A DNA stretch of 64,000 nucleotides from Candidatus Omnitrophota bacterium (lineage in GTDB: Bacteria > Omnitrophota > Gorgyraeia > Duberdicusellales > Duberdicusellaceae), in the NCBI GenBank assembly GCA_021159015.1, contig JAGGSQ010000042.1:557-64556 (forward strand). Reading direction: 5' to 3'. Below are positions 9,699 to 18,905 of the stretch, piece by piece. Position 1 is the stretch's first letter. The number at the start of each line of letters is the position of its first letter. The position numbers were made by a program, and so were the translations under genes. The notes below the pieces were generated by a model. The model was not told the origin of the DNA and did not search any database. It saw only the letters and a list, made by a program, of their open reading frames with translations.

Positions 9699-10723
9699 AT
9701 CACCAGCCTCTCTTTCTGAGTCCTATCTAAACCATAAAGACAGGAGTAAAAAATAGATATTACATTTTTCGTTTCTAAGTACTTGAGCACCAAAAAGGCT
9801 ACTACTACTGCTATACTAAAGGGATAGCCTCCTAGAGCCGCCCTGGCTCTCTGCATAAGAATATAAAAAAGTAAATATTCTATTTCTCCCCCCGCCGAAG
9901 AAGCCAACAGAGAAGGCTCCCCGGACCTTATCTGTAATTTACTTAGAAAATATTCCAGAAGGTCTGAGCTATCTTTTAAAAATGCCTCTTGCATATCTTC
10001 TTTTTTAATCCGGCCCGTCTCGCTGATAAGATGATGCTGAAGAAATTCTTTGCTGCCACGGTAATATTTTCTCGTCCGCAAGATAAAAGAAACGTTGGCT
10101 ATATCTATTTCCAATCCCCAGATTTTCATAAGCGCCGCTCTTTCTGAAAGAGGCAAAGTTTTAATAAGGGAAACGGTGCGCTTCAAATAATCCTTTTCCA
10201 AAGCCCATTCTAAATAAAATAAATTATTAAACTGTTGAAAATCACTTTTAGCTTCCACCAGAGCCTTCATATAGGGAGTATCTTTCAGGAGGAGAATAAA
10301 GTCATTAATATTTGCTGCCCGCGGCAACTTCTCAGTATCAAAATGAAAACAAATATCTGAACTTACCCAGGATACCCCACCTGCTTTGTCTTTATTAAAC
10401 CAGACCCGCAATATGGCCTTTAGCTTATCTAAATCATATCTCTCCAGAAACATTTCCACTATTTTTTTCTCTCTCCCTTTTAAATGCTTAATTAATTCCT
10501 TGTGTAAAGTTATGTCTTTCTCCCAAATAATTCTTTCCCTTTCTTCTGGCTCCATTTCTGAGGCAAACATTTCTTCATAATACGTACCGGCCAATTGCAA
10601 AGCAAGCTCTGATATGTTCCCAGCTTTAAGAAGAGACTTTAACTGCTCACAGGAAAGAAGACGGCTTTCTTTAGCTTTGACCTTGGAAAAAATAAAACTA
10701 TAGCGGGCTGGTCCAGCCATCAA
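9692..10723 (-). CDS. atpC: V-type ATP synthase subunit C (d-subunit)
   Basis: 343 aa, helical, overlapping atpI by 7 nt. Its operon position and size fit V-ATPase C/d. Confidence 0.7.
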   Translation of the reverse strand: MMAGPARYSFIFSKVKAKESRLLSCEQLKSLLKAGNISELALQLAGTYYEEMFASEMEPEERERIIWEKDITLHKELIKHLKGREKKIVEMFLERYDLDKLKAILRVWFNKDKAGGVSWVSSDICFHFDTEKLPRAANINDFILLLKDTPYMKALVEAKSDFQQFNNLFYLEWALEKDYLKRTVSLIKTLPLSERAALMKIWGLEIDIANVSFILRTRKYYRGSKEFLQHHLISETGRIKKEDMQEAFLKDSSDLLEYFLSKLQIRSGEPSLLASSAGGEIEYLLFYILMQRARAALGGYPFSIAVVVAFLVLKYLETKNVISIFYSCLYGLDRTQKERLVIC

Positions 10724-11031
10724 ACTCCTAATATTTTTTTAAACACTGCTTCAACAATCTGCTTTTTCTGTCCCCTAAAAACCTCTTTTACTCTATCTAT
10801 TTCATCTTTAACTCTTTTTTGGTAGGCGTTTTTCTTGTTCTCTAAGTCAGCTTCCATCCTGGTTATAGCTTCTTTTTCTTGCTGCAAGAGTAATTTTGCT
10901 TGCTCACTTTCCATCTCGGCTGCCCTCTTTTGAGCCTGGTGAATAGTTTCTTTTGCTTTTGCTTCCGCCGCAGCCTTGATTTGCCGCACTTCTTCCTCCT
11001 TCTCTAATATCTGTTTTATCTCTTTATCCAT
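10720..11031 (-). CDS. V-type ATP synthase subunit G/H (peripheral stalk, coiled coil)
   Basis: 103 aa, E/K/A/Q-rich predicted coiled coil (EKEEEVRQIKAAAEAKAKE...). It is the first gene of the operon and overlaps atpC by 4 nt. Confidence 0.6.
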   Translation of the reverse strand: MDKEIKQILEKEEEVRQIKAAAEAKAKETIHQAQKRAAEMESEQAKLLLQQEKEAITRMEADLENKKNAYQKRVKDEIDRVKEVFRGQKKQIVEAVFKKILGV

Positions 11032-11045
11032 TCTCCCTGCCCCCT

Positions 11046-11294
11046 TTAATATATTTTTTCATACTTACCTTTATCTACCCGTTTTAATTTATGGAATCCC
11101 TTCTCTTTAGCCTTCTGATCAAAGCCACTCCGGGAAAACCCCACCGAAAACGGCGCATATACTTTTACTACTTCATTACCACAACGGGGACAATATTTCA
11201 ATACCGCCCTCTTCTTCTCAAATATTTCAAATCCTTGCCGACAATACTCACAACTTTTTTCTCTTTCCTTGGCCCGGTAACAATATATTGGCAT
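11046..11294 (-). CDS. FmdB-family zinc-ribbon protein
   Basis: 82 aa with paired CxxC motifs (CEYCRQ ... CPRCG). Confidence 0.65.
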   Translation of the reverse strand: MPIYCYRAKEREKSCEYCRQGFEIFEKKRAVLKYCPRCGNEVVKVYAPFSVGFSRSGFDQKAKEKGFHKLKRVDKGKYEKIY

Positions 11295-11299
11295 AACAG

Positions 11300-11971
11300 T
11301 TAATAATCAGGGCGAGGACCAAAAATAGCTCTTCCTAAACGTACTAAATTTGCCCCTTCTTCCACCGCCACCTTGAAGCTAGAGCTCATACCCATAGAAA
11401 GATATTCCATTTTTACACCTTCTAAAGACAGCTTTCTAATTCTTTCAAATATCTGGCGCATATTTCTGAAATAAGGACGCATTTCCTCTTTCTCTAAATT
11501 AGGCCCCATAGTCATAAGGCCCTTTACCTGAATATTGCCTAAAAGCGAGAGTTTCTTCACAAAAGTCTCTGTTTCTTCAGGAAAAACGCCATTCTTCTGA
11601 GACTCCCTAGCGATATTTACTTCTACTAAGACATCTATTCTTTTTCTTGTTCTCTTAAGCCTTTCGTTAAGAGCTACTGCCAAATCCCAGCTGCTTAATG
11701 TCTCTATCATATCAAATAATAAAATTGCCTTATTGATTTTGTTTTTCTGCAGGCGCCCAATAAAGTGCCAGCGAGAGGCTTTCTTTTTTATCGCCTGCTT
11801 ATGAATTAAGGCCTCCTGCACATAATTCTCTCCTATTATATCTATGCCACTTTCTATAGCTGTTTCTATCTCCTGCACCAGGCGCCCTTTTACAGCAGCC
11901 TCTACTATAACCTCGGCAGGTAGACTACTGCGAATATCTTTTATCTTTTTCCTTATCTCTTCTGCCGTCAT
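11300..11971 (-). CDS. yggS: YggS-family pyridoxal-phosphate homeostasis protein
   Basis: 223 aa single-domain alanine-racemase-N-like TIM barrel. The C-terminal motif MGMSSSFKVAVEEGANLVRLGRAIFGPR is typical of YggS. Confidence 0.85.
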   Translation of the reverse strand: MTAEEIRKKIKDIRSSLPAEVIVEAAVKGRLVQEIETAIESGIDIIGENYVQEALIHKQAIKKKASRWHFIGRLQKNKINKAILLFDMIETLSSWDLAVALNERLKRTRKRIDVLVEVNIARESQKNGVFPEETETFVKKLSLLGNIQVKGLMTMGPNLEKEEMRPYFRNMRQIFERIRKLSLEGVKMEYLSMGMSSSFKVAVEEGANLVRLGRAIFGPRPDY

Positions 11972-13842
11972 TTTCCTAAAATTTTCTTTAAGTGCTCTCT
12001 AACAATTTTATCATTCTCCAGACACTTTAAAAAACTCTTTTTTCTCTGCCACACCTTAAGCTCCTGCGGCAAACTATCGGCGCTTATCTGCCTAACATAC
12101 CCTCCTTGAAGTAAAGAGCCCAGGAATCTTTTGTGTTTAGAACTTTGAGAGGCGGCTGAAAACAAATCTATAACAAAGGTATCTCTAGAAGAAGCAGCTT
12201 CTGTAATCATAGATATAGAATCAGCCGAGACAATTAAGCCACTTGATAAAGCTCTTATGCCGGAAGCAGCGAAATCATAGTTCTTTTCATTGGCTATAAG
12301 AAGAAACAGCGTATGGCTGAAATGAGAAAACTCCTCTTTCAGTTTCTCTTCCAGCCACAGCGGCGTACGGCGGGAAGTAGTAATGAGCAGCCCTGCTCTT
12401 TCAGATAGGGAAAATGCCTTAAGGCTCTGGATAAACTTCTCACATTCCTTCTTACTTCTTTCAGAAGCGGACTTTTTTAAGGGAGCACCTATAAATATTC
12501 CTATTTTCAAAGAGAAATCCTTCTGCTGCCAGAGATAATTGCGTAATCTATCCCCTGCTTTTTCCTCTTTTTCTGAAGAGATAAAATGCAGGGCTCCTTT
12601 TATCCGCAACACATTTTTCCTCTGAGAAAACTCATCATGCTCAGGAATAATTATTAAATCGTATCTCTTCCTTGCACTATTAGGCCGTAATATCTGAAAG
12701 GTCTTAGCGCCCATAAATAAAGCAACCAAGCGCGCCAGGCTCGCTGTGGTAGAACCACAGCTAATAAAGATATCTCCGTAATGAAAAACTGCATTAAAAC
12801 TTTTGCCCAATATTATTTTCAATGCCCAAAAACCTAAATTAGAAGGAGAACGCAACAGGAGATTAACAATATCCAACACCACTTTCTGCCCTCGCCTGAG
12901 TCTTAACTCAATTAGTCTCACTTTTGCAGGCCTAACTTGGGAAATAATCTCTGCTAAAGACAAAGCTTGGTGTCTGTGTCCGGCTTTTGTGTCACTAAAT
13001 ACTACCAGCTGGACGTCTTTGGCTCTTTTAAAGCGCTTATAAGCCCACAAGAATCCGATAGGGTTATCACGAATAAATTCTTCGAAACAACGGTTGAGGT
13101 AATTTGCTACAGGAGAAAAATCTTCTTCTTTTTCCAAAGCTACTGGCCTAAATAATTTTATTAAATGTTTAGTGCCCTTGCGTTTTACTACCACCGGAAT
13201 AATTTTTCTCTTAAAACGCCAGGCCAGACGCAGAGGACCTATAGGCACAGGCACCTGACGAGAGAAAAAAGCGGCGTAAATTTTAGCCCTGCGTGCCCCA
13301 TGATCAAACACTAAGCCCAGATTAATGTTCTGACGCATAATCCGGCTTAAGCCTTTTAAGTCGTCCTCATAAATAATCTTAAGGTTGTATCGCCGACGAA
13401 TGAGATTGACGAATTTATCTAAGGCCTTGTTTTTCTGGCGACGTACAATAATGGCGTAAGGAATATTGAGAGCGAAATAACTATTCACTAGCTCCCAACC
13501 TCCCATGTGCACCCCTACAAGAATACGGCGTCCTTCTTTAAGCTCTTGCCATGCTTCCTTCCCTTCCTCTATTTCCACTTTTTCTTTGAGGCTCTCTCCA
13601 TCCGTATATCGCAAGCGTAAAAACTCCCAGAAACCCAAGGCACTCTCAAAAAGATTCTCGTAAGCTATTCTTTCAATCTTTTTCATAGCTAAATCAGGAA
13701 AAGCCAGACGCAGATTAGCTATTATTAAGAATTTGCGGCGGCAAAATATATAATAAAGAAAGCTCACACCGCGCAAGACAAAATAGCTTACTGACCAGGG
13801 CAAAATATAAACTATTCTAGAAATAAGATCTAAAGAGTTCAT
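11968..13842 (-). CDS. lipid A biosynthesis acyltransferase (LpxL/HtrB family) fused to a C-terminal ELM1/DUF1022-like domain
   Basis: 624 aa. The first ~300 aa have N-terminal TM helices and the lauroyl/myristoyl acyltransferase fold (HMGGWE, region around FDHGARRAKIYAAFF). The last ~320 aa resemble the bacterial Mito_fiss_Elm1-type domain. The gene follows waaA-lpxK with overlapping stop/start. Confidence 0.6.
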   Translation of the reverse strand: MNSLDLISRIVYILPWSVSYFVLRGVSFLYYIFCRRKFLIIANLRLAFPDLAMKKIERIAYENLFESALGFWEFLRLRYTDGESLKEKVEIEEGKEAWQELKEGRRILVGVHMGGWELVNSYFALNIPYAIIVRRQKNKALDKFVNLIRRRYNLKIIYEDDLKGLSRIMRQNINLGLVFDHGARRAKIYAAFFSRQVPVPIGPLRLAWRFKRKIIPVVVKRKGTKHLIKLFRPVALEKEEDFSPVANYLNRCFEEFIRDNPIGFLWAYKRFKRAKDVQLVVFSDTKAGHRHQALSLAEIISQVRPAKVRLIELRLRRGQKVVLDIVNLLLRSPSNLGFWALKIILGKSFNAVFHYGDIFISCGSTTASLARLVALFMGAKTFQILRPNSARKRYDLIIIPEHDEFSQRKNVLRIKGALHFISSEKEEKAGDRLRNYLWQQKDFSLKIGIFIGAPLKKSASERSKKECEKFIQSLKAFSLSERAGLLITTSRRTPLWLEEKLKEEFSHFSHTLFLLIANEKNYDFAASGIRALSSGLIVSADSISMITEAASSRDTFVIDLFSAASQSSKHKRFLGSLLQGGYVRQISADSLPQELKVWQRKKSFLKCLENDKIVREHLKKILGK

Positions 13843-14812
13843 TCTCTATACGTGAAAAGAAATCTTTTTCTGCCTCAATAACTAACTCTACTTCTGCCAC
13901 TACAATATTCAAACCCGAAGGATAAACGCGGGCTTTATCTTTGGCCGTTATTACTAAATTGCCTATTCCCTTTTCTTTGCAAATCCTCTCAATTCTTTTC
14001 CATTCTTTCTGGCTCAACAAGGTATGGTCAGGATAGATAAAGCTTTCCTTTATCTGAATTCTCGCCCTCTCCAGAAGAGCAATAAAGCCTTGAGGCCAGC
14101 CAATCGCCGTTAATACTGCTGCCTCTTCTAAAGATTTAGGAGAACCATCCTTAATATCTACGAATTTTTTTAACTGATAGGAAGCAAAGTATAGGCAAGC
14201 GCGGGGATTTATGCCTTTAATAAAGTTAATAATAACGCCTCTTGTCTCACTATCTGCCTCTCTCACCACAATGATATTTGCTCTCTTTATTGAAGCCAAT
14301 GGCTCCCGTAAAGGACCTGCCGGCAAACAGGCTGCTGCTAAATCCTGGCGCGCATTCAATAAAACTATGTCCAGGTTACGATAAAGACGGCGATACTGAA
14401 AACCATCGTCCAAAATTACCATCTTACTCTTTCTTGCGGCTTTCCTCGCTAAAGCCAGCCGATCCTTGCCGCTAAATATTCTCACCTTTTGAGGCAGGCT
14501 TTCTTTCAAAAGAGACTCCTCATCATACCCATAGCCGCGTCGCAATATAGCGATACTCAGACTGCGGTTGAAGTAACGAGCTAATTTTATTACCAGGGAA
14601 GTTTTCCCACTACCGCCCCAGCTGATATTACCAACAGAAACAACAAAAGCCTTGCACCTTTGAGGTTTAATCCACCTCTGCTGATAGAGAAAATTTCTCA
14701 TAAATACCGCCATACAATACAAAAAAGATAAAGCTTTCAAAAAACCATAGAGGATAAAATATTTCTTTTTCTTTCGGATAACTTCCAGATATATTTTTTT
14801 TATTCTATCCAT
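13817..14812 (-). CDS. lpxK: tetraacyldisaccharide 4'-kinase
   Basis: 331 aa with P-loop VSVGNISWGGSGKTS and LpxK-wide similarity. It sits between waaA and the acyltransferase. Confidence 0.85.
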   Translation of the reverse strand: MDRIKKIYLEVIRKKKKYFILYGFLKALSFLYCMAVFMRNFLYQQRWIKPQRCKAFVVSVGNISWGGSGKTSLVIKLARYFNRSLSIAILRRGYGYDEESLLKESLPQKVRIFSGKDRLALARKAARKSKMVILDDGFQYRRLYRNLDIVLLNARQDLAAACLPAGPLREPLASIKRANIIVVREADSETRGVIINFIKGINPRACLYFASYQLKKFVDIKDGSPKSLEEAAVLTAIGWPQGFIALLERARIQIKESFIYPDHTLLSQKEWKRIERICKEKGIGNLVITAKDKARVYPSGLNIVVAEVELVIEAEKDFFSRIENELFRSYF

Positions 14813-16059
14813 TCTTTAAGTTGCTCCAGTGAATCTCGCATTTTTTTTGCTTCCCCTTCCACTATCCTTTTAGCCTTCTGCCCCCGTCTAAGCCGCAGAG
14901 AGGAATCTTTTATTAACTCATCTAAAACTTTCCTTAATTCCTGTGCAGAACTAACCTGCCAAGCAGCTTTATTTCTAATAAAAAGGCCCGCCTCATCTCG
15001 AAAGTTATCCATATGAGGACCAAAAACTATAGGACGGCCGAAGAAAGCTGGCTCAATAATATTGTGTCCTCCTATAGGAACAAAACTCCCTCCCATCAAT
15101 ACTATATCTGCCTGCGGATAAAAATAAAGCAGCTCACCCATCTTATCAAGCACAACTATGTCTGCAGCGGAAGAATAGTTTTGACTCAGTCGGACCGCTT
15201 GCCAACCTAATTTCTCCCCTGCCGACAGAATCTCTCCTGTCCTCTCTATATGTCGGGGGCAAATCATGATTCTCAGAGAGGGAAAAACTGTTTTTAACTG
15301 GCTAAAAATCTTTATAATCATTGTCTCTTCCGGAGAATGCGTACTTGCCGCCAACAGAAGTAAACTCTGGTTATCTTTTCGGATAGAGTCGCATATATTT
15401 CTCACTTGTGTTAACTTATTAGGGTTAAGGCTTGGTTTAATAAACTTTATATTTCCCATAACAGATATTTTGTTCTTTTTAACTCCCAGAGCTACAAAGC
15501 GGCGTTGGCTAATTTCGTCTTTGGCAAACACAAAATCAATCATAGCAAAATAATCTCTCAGGAATACCTTTACTTTCTGATAATTGATAAAACTTCTCTC
15601 CGAGATGCGACCGTTAATAATTATAATGGGAGTATTATTTCTCTGGAGGAAATAAAAGAGATTGGGCCAAATCTCCGTTTCTACGGCTATAAAAATACGA
15701 GGGTTTAATGCCTTTACTAATCTCCGAGAAAAAAAGCTTAAATCCAGAGGCAAAAGCATTACTTTAGCTAAAGAAGAGAAATTGGCTTGGGCTACTTTTA
15801 AACCAGAAGAGGTAATAGTAGTTATGATTAAAGGCAGAGAAGGAAAACTCTCTCGCAAAAATTCAACTATCCCTCGCAAGGCAATAACTTCTCCTACACT
15901 TACAGCATGAAGCCATATAGGAGAAGAGATTTGTTTCTCAATTGAAAAAGAAAGTAGACGACGGCAAAATCCTGCCGCCCGGCGTTTAATAATGTAACGC
16001 CATATTAAGAAAGGAGTAAAGACTAATATAAGTATATCGTAAACTATTCCTTTCCACAT
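14800..16059 (-). CDS. waaA: 3-deoxy-D-manno-octulosonic acid (Kdo) transferase
   Basis: 419 aa with the N-terminal membrane anchor and the motif HAVSVGEVIALRGIVEFL characteristic of KdtA/WaaA. Confidence 0.85.
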   Translation of the reverse strand: MWKGIVYDILILVFTPFLIWRYIIKRRAAGFCRRLLSFSIEKQISSPIWLHAVSVGEVIALRGIVEFLRESFPSLPLIITTITSSGLKVAQANFSSLAKVMLLPLDLSFFSRRLVKALNPRIFIAVETEIWPNLFYFLQRNNTPIIIINGRISERSFINYQKVKVFLRDYFAMIDFVFAKDEISQRRFVALGVKKNKISVMGNIKFIKPSLNPNKLTQVRNICDSIRKDNQSLLLLAASTHSPEETMIIKIFSQLKTVFPSLRIMICPRHIERTGEILSAGEKLGWQAVRLSQNYSSAADIVVLDKMGELLYFYPQADIVLMGGSFVPIGGHNIIEPAFFGRPIVFGPHMDNFRDEAGLFIRNKAAWQVSSAQELRKVLDELIKDSSLRLRRGQKAKRIVEGEAKKMRDSLEQLKEWIE

Positions 16060-16060
16060 A

Positions 16061-16927
16061 TCAAGCGCGCGGATGTGCTCTATCGTAAATTTTTCTTAAG
16101 CGTTGGGTAGTCAAATGAGTGTAAATTTGTGTAGTAGCTATATCAGAATGCCCTAAAAGTTCCTGCACGCTGCGCAGGTCAGCGCCGCGATTAAGCAAGT
16201 GGGTGGCGAAAGAATGGCGGAAGGTATGCGGTGATATTTTCTTAGTTATACCGATCAACTTTGCCCGCCTGCTTATAATTTTTCTCACTCCCACTGCCGA
16301 GAGACGCTTTTTGAAACGATTCACAAAAAGAGCCGGAGAGTGGTCACCACGGCAGGAAAGGTATTTCTCTAACGCTTTCTCTGCTGGTTCTCCCAGCGGT
16401 AAAATCCTTTCTTTTTTTCCTTTACCTCTTACTTTTATAACCCCTCCTATCAAATCTATATCGTTACGGTTAAGAGTAAGCATTTCTGATATACGCATGC
16501 CGCAGGAATAAAGAATCTCCATAATAGCCTTATCGCGCCGGTCTATTTCTTTCTCCTCCGGTAAAGAATCTATAAATTGAGCAACTTCTTTTTCTGTCAA
16601 AAAACTAGGAAGCTTTTTTTCTATACGAGGATAAGGTATGCTGGAAGCAGGATTGCTTTTAATAAAACCTTCTTTCACTAAGAATCTAAAGAAACTTTTG
16701 AGAGTAGATATTTTACGAGCAATAGTACGCTTACTTAAATGTCTTGCTGCCAGGTTAGCCAAAAAGCGCCTAAAAGTAAAATAATCTATTTTCCCCACAT
16801 CAGTACGGACAAACTGAGAAAATTCTTCTAAATCTTTACGATAGTTAAGAAGAGTATAATAAGAATAGTTTTTTTCTAATTCTAGAAAAGAGAGAAATCT
16901 TTTTATATACCGTTCAAAATCAAGCAT
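16061..16927 (-). CDS. xerC: tyrosine recombinase XerC/XerD family
   Basis: SAM-like N-domain plus a catalytic domain with R...HxxR...Y (HTFRHSFATHLL, LGHSDIATTQIYTHL). The ORF-track start at 16987 adds 20 poorly conserved residues that overlap topA, so the internal Met (MLDFERYIKRF) at 16927 is the likelier start. Confidence 0.8.
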   Translation of the reverse strand: MLDFERYIKRFLSFLELEKNYSYYTLLNYRKDLEEFSQFVRTDVGKIDYFTFRRFLANLAARHLSKRTIARKISTLKSFFRFLVKEGFIKSNPASSIPYPRIEKKLPSFLTEKEVAQFIDSLPEEKEIDRRDKAIMEILYSCGMRISEMLTLNRNDIDLIGGVIKVRGKGKKERILPLGEPAEKALEKYLSCRGDHSPALFVNRFKKRLSAVGVRKIISRRAKLIGITKKISPHTFRHSFATHLLNRGADLRSVQELLGHSDIATTQIYTHLTTQRLRKIYDRAHPRA

Positions 16928-18902
16928 TCTCGGACTCAGGCAATTTAGTAGTGGTATAACGACATTTAGGAAAATTAGAACAGCCATAAAAAACCTGTCC
17001 TCGCCGATTGCGCCGCTCTACTAATTCCCCTCCACATCCTTCTTGAGGACATCTAACTCCTGTAGTCAAGGGACGAGCATACTTACAGTGAGGATATCCG
17101 GAGCAACTGACAAATCTTCCCTTTCTTGACCAACGTATCACTAAAGGGCGCCCGCACTGAGGACATTTCTCTCCCGTGGAAATAAATTCTTTCTTAACTT
17201 CCCGGCCCGCTTTTTCAATCTCTTCTTTAAAGCCGGGGTAAAATTCCTCTATAACCTTTCTCCAATCTACATCTCCCGCCTCAACTCTATCTAATTCTTC
17301 CTCTAAATGAGCTGTGAAATTTTCGTCTAAAACGTCGGGGAAGAACTTTTCCAATAATTTGACCACAATTTTCCCCAGTTCCGTAGGAACAAAACTTCCT
17401 TTTTCTCTAATTATATAATTGCGCTTTACTAAGGTAGCAATGGTAGAAGCATAAGTAGAAGGACGGCCGATACCTTTCTCCTCTAAGAGTTTCACCAGAG
17501 AAGCATCATTAAAACGAGCCGGGGGTTTAGTTGTATGTTCTTCTATATCTATACGTTTAGCCGCAATTGTCTCTGACTCCCGTAAAGAGGGCAATAAAAC
17601 TTCTTTTATCTCTATAGGCCAAACCCGCTGAAAGCCGCTGAATATTGCCTTAGACCCTCTGGCTACTATCTCATAATCGCCCCCATGCAGTTTTGCCTGT
17701 TGAGTTTCTATTTCCAGCTCCCTCATAAAGGAAGCTATGAAACGCCTCCAGATAATTTCATAAATACCGGCTGTTTCTTTGTCCAGAAACTTTCTCGTCT
17801 CCTCCGGGTATATATCTAAATGAGTAGGACGGATACATTCGTGAGCTGCTTGCACTTGCCCTTTAGTTTTAAATTTATATTCGCCAGCCGCCAAGAATTT
17901 TTCTCCCCATTCATTTCTAATAAATTCTTTAACCTTTCTCCTGGCACTCTCTGAAACAAAGAAAGAGTCAGTCCGCATATAAGTAATAAGCCCCAGAGCT
18001 TCTCCCTGAGGCATATCTATACCTTCATAAAGACGCTGAGCGATAAACATAGTACGGCTGGCAGGAAGGCGAAAACGAGAGAATGCTTCCTGTTGAAGGG
18101 TTGAGGTGATAAAGGGAGGCTGAGGACGGCGCCTGACTATTTTCTTAACAAAAGAATTTACCACAAATTTTTTACCTTCCAATACTTCCTTAACCGCCAC
18201 TGCTTTTTCCTTATCGCGAAACTCTACATTTTTACCTTTATATTTAACAATCCTTCCCTTAAACTCAATGCCATCCTTTACAAACACCACATTGAGATAA
18301 TAATACTTTTGTGGTCGAAAAGCTTTGATAGCCTCTTCGCGTTGAACAATAAACTTAAGAGCCACGGATTGAACTCTGCCGGCTGATAGTCCCCGCGAGA
18401 CTTTCTTCCATAAAAAAGGAGAGAGTAAATATCCTACCAGCCGGTCCAGGACCCTTCTTGCCTGTTGAGCAGAAACTTTATGATAATTTATATCTTGCGG
18501 GTTATTGAAAGCTTCTCTAATTGCTTCTTTAGTTATTTCATGAAAGATTACGCGTAGAAATTTCTTGTCTTTTATATCTTTTTTCTTCTCCAGAGAATTC
18601 TTTATATGCCAACTAATAGCTTCACCTTCTCGGTCTGGATCAGTAGCAAGATAGATAGCGCCGGCTGACTTTGCTTGGCGCGAAATTTCCCTAAGGGTTT
18701 TAACCTTTCCCTTCATAACTCTATATTCTGGCTCAAACCCATTATCTATATCTATACCTAATTTTTTCTGCGGTAAATCTACTATATGCCCCATAGAAGA
18801 GATGACGAAAAAACCTTTACCCAATATTTTATTTATAGTCCGGGCTTTGGTAGGAGATTCTACAACTACCAGGTTTTTCTTACTTTCTTTTCTATCTTTC
18901 AT
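16920..18902 (-). CDS. topA: DNA topoisomerase I with C-terminal zinc ribbons
   Basis: 660 aa with an N-terminal TOPRIM (VVVESPTKARTINKILG), the catalytic Tyr region and two C4 zinc ribbons (CPQCGRPLV..., CPQEGCGGEL...). Confidence 0.9.
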   Translation of the reverse strand: MKDRKESKKNLVVVESPTKARTINKILGKGFFVISSMGHIVDLPQKKLGIDIDNGFEPEYRVMKGKVKTLREISRQAKSAGAIYLATDPDREGEAISWHIKNSLEKKKDIKDKKFLRVIFHEITKEAIREAFNNPQDINYHKVSAQQARRVLDRLVGYLLSPFLWKKVSRGLSAGRVQSVALKFIVQREEAIKAFRPQKYYYLNVVFVKDGIEFKGRIVKYKGKNVEFRDKEKAVAVKEVLEGKKFVVNSFVKKIVRRRPQPPFITSTLQQEAFSRFRLPASRTMFIAQRLYEGIDMPQGEALGLITYMRTDSFFVSESARRKVKEFIRNEWGEKFLAAGEYKFKTKGQVQAAHECIRPTHLDIYPEETRKFLDKETAGIYEIIWRRFIASFMRELEIETQQAKLHGGDYEIVARGSKAIFSGFQRVWPIEIKEVLLPSLRESETIAAKRIDIEEHTTKPPARFNDASLVKLLEEKGIGRPSTYASTIATLVKRNYIIREKGSFVPTELGKIVVKLLEKFFPDVLDENFTAHLEEELDRVEAGDVDWRKVIEEFYPGFKEEIEKAGREVKKEFISTGEKCPQCGRPLVIRWSRKGRFVSCSGYPHCKYARPLTTGVRCPQEGCGGELVERRNRRGQVFYGCSNFPKCRYTTTKLPESENA

Positions 18903-18905
18903 CCC

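Noticed and set aside
16920-16987. 68-nt overlap between the topA 3' end and the xerC 5' end as a real gene overlap
   Set aside because: The first 20 codons of the xerC ORF call are poorly conserved and an internal Met (MLDFERYIKRF...) aligns with the usual XerC/D N-terminus. The overlap is most likely an artefact of choosing the longest ORF.
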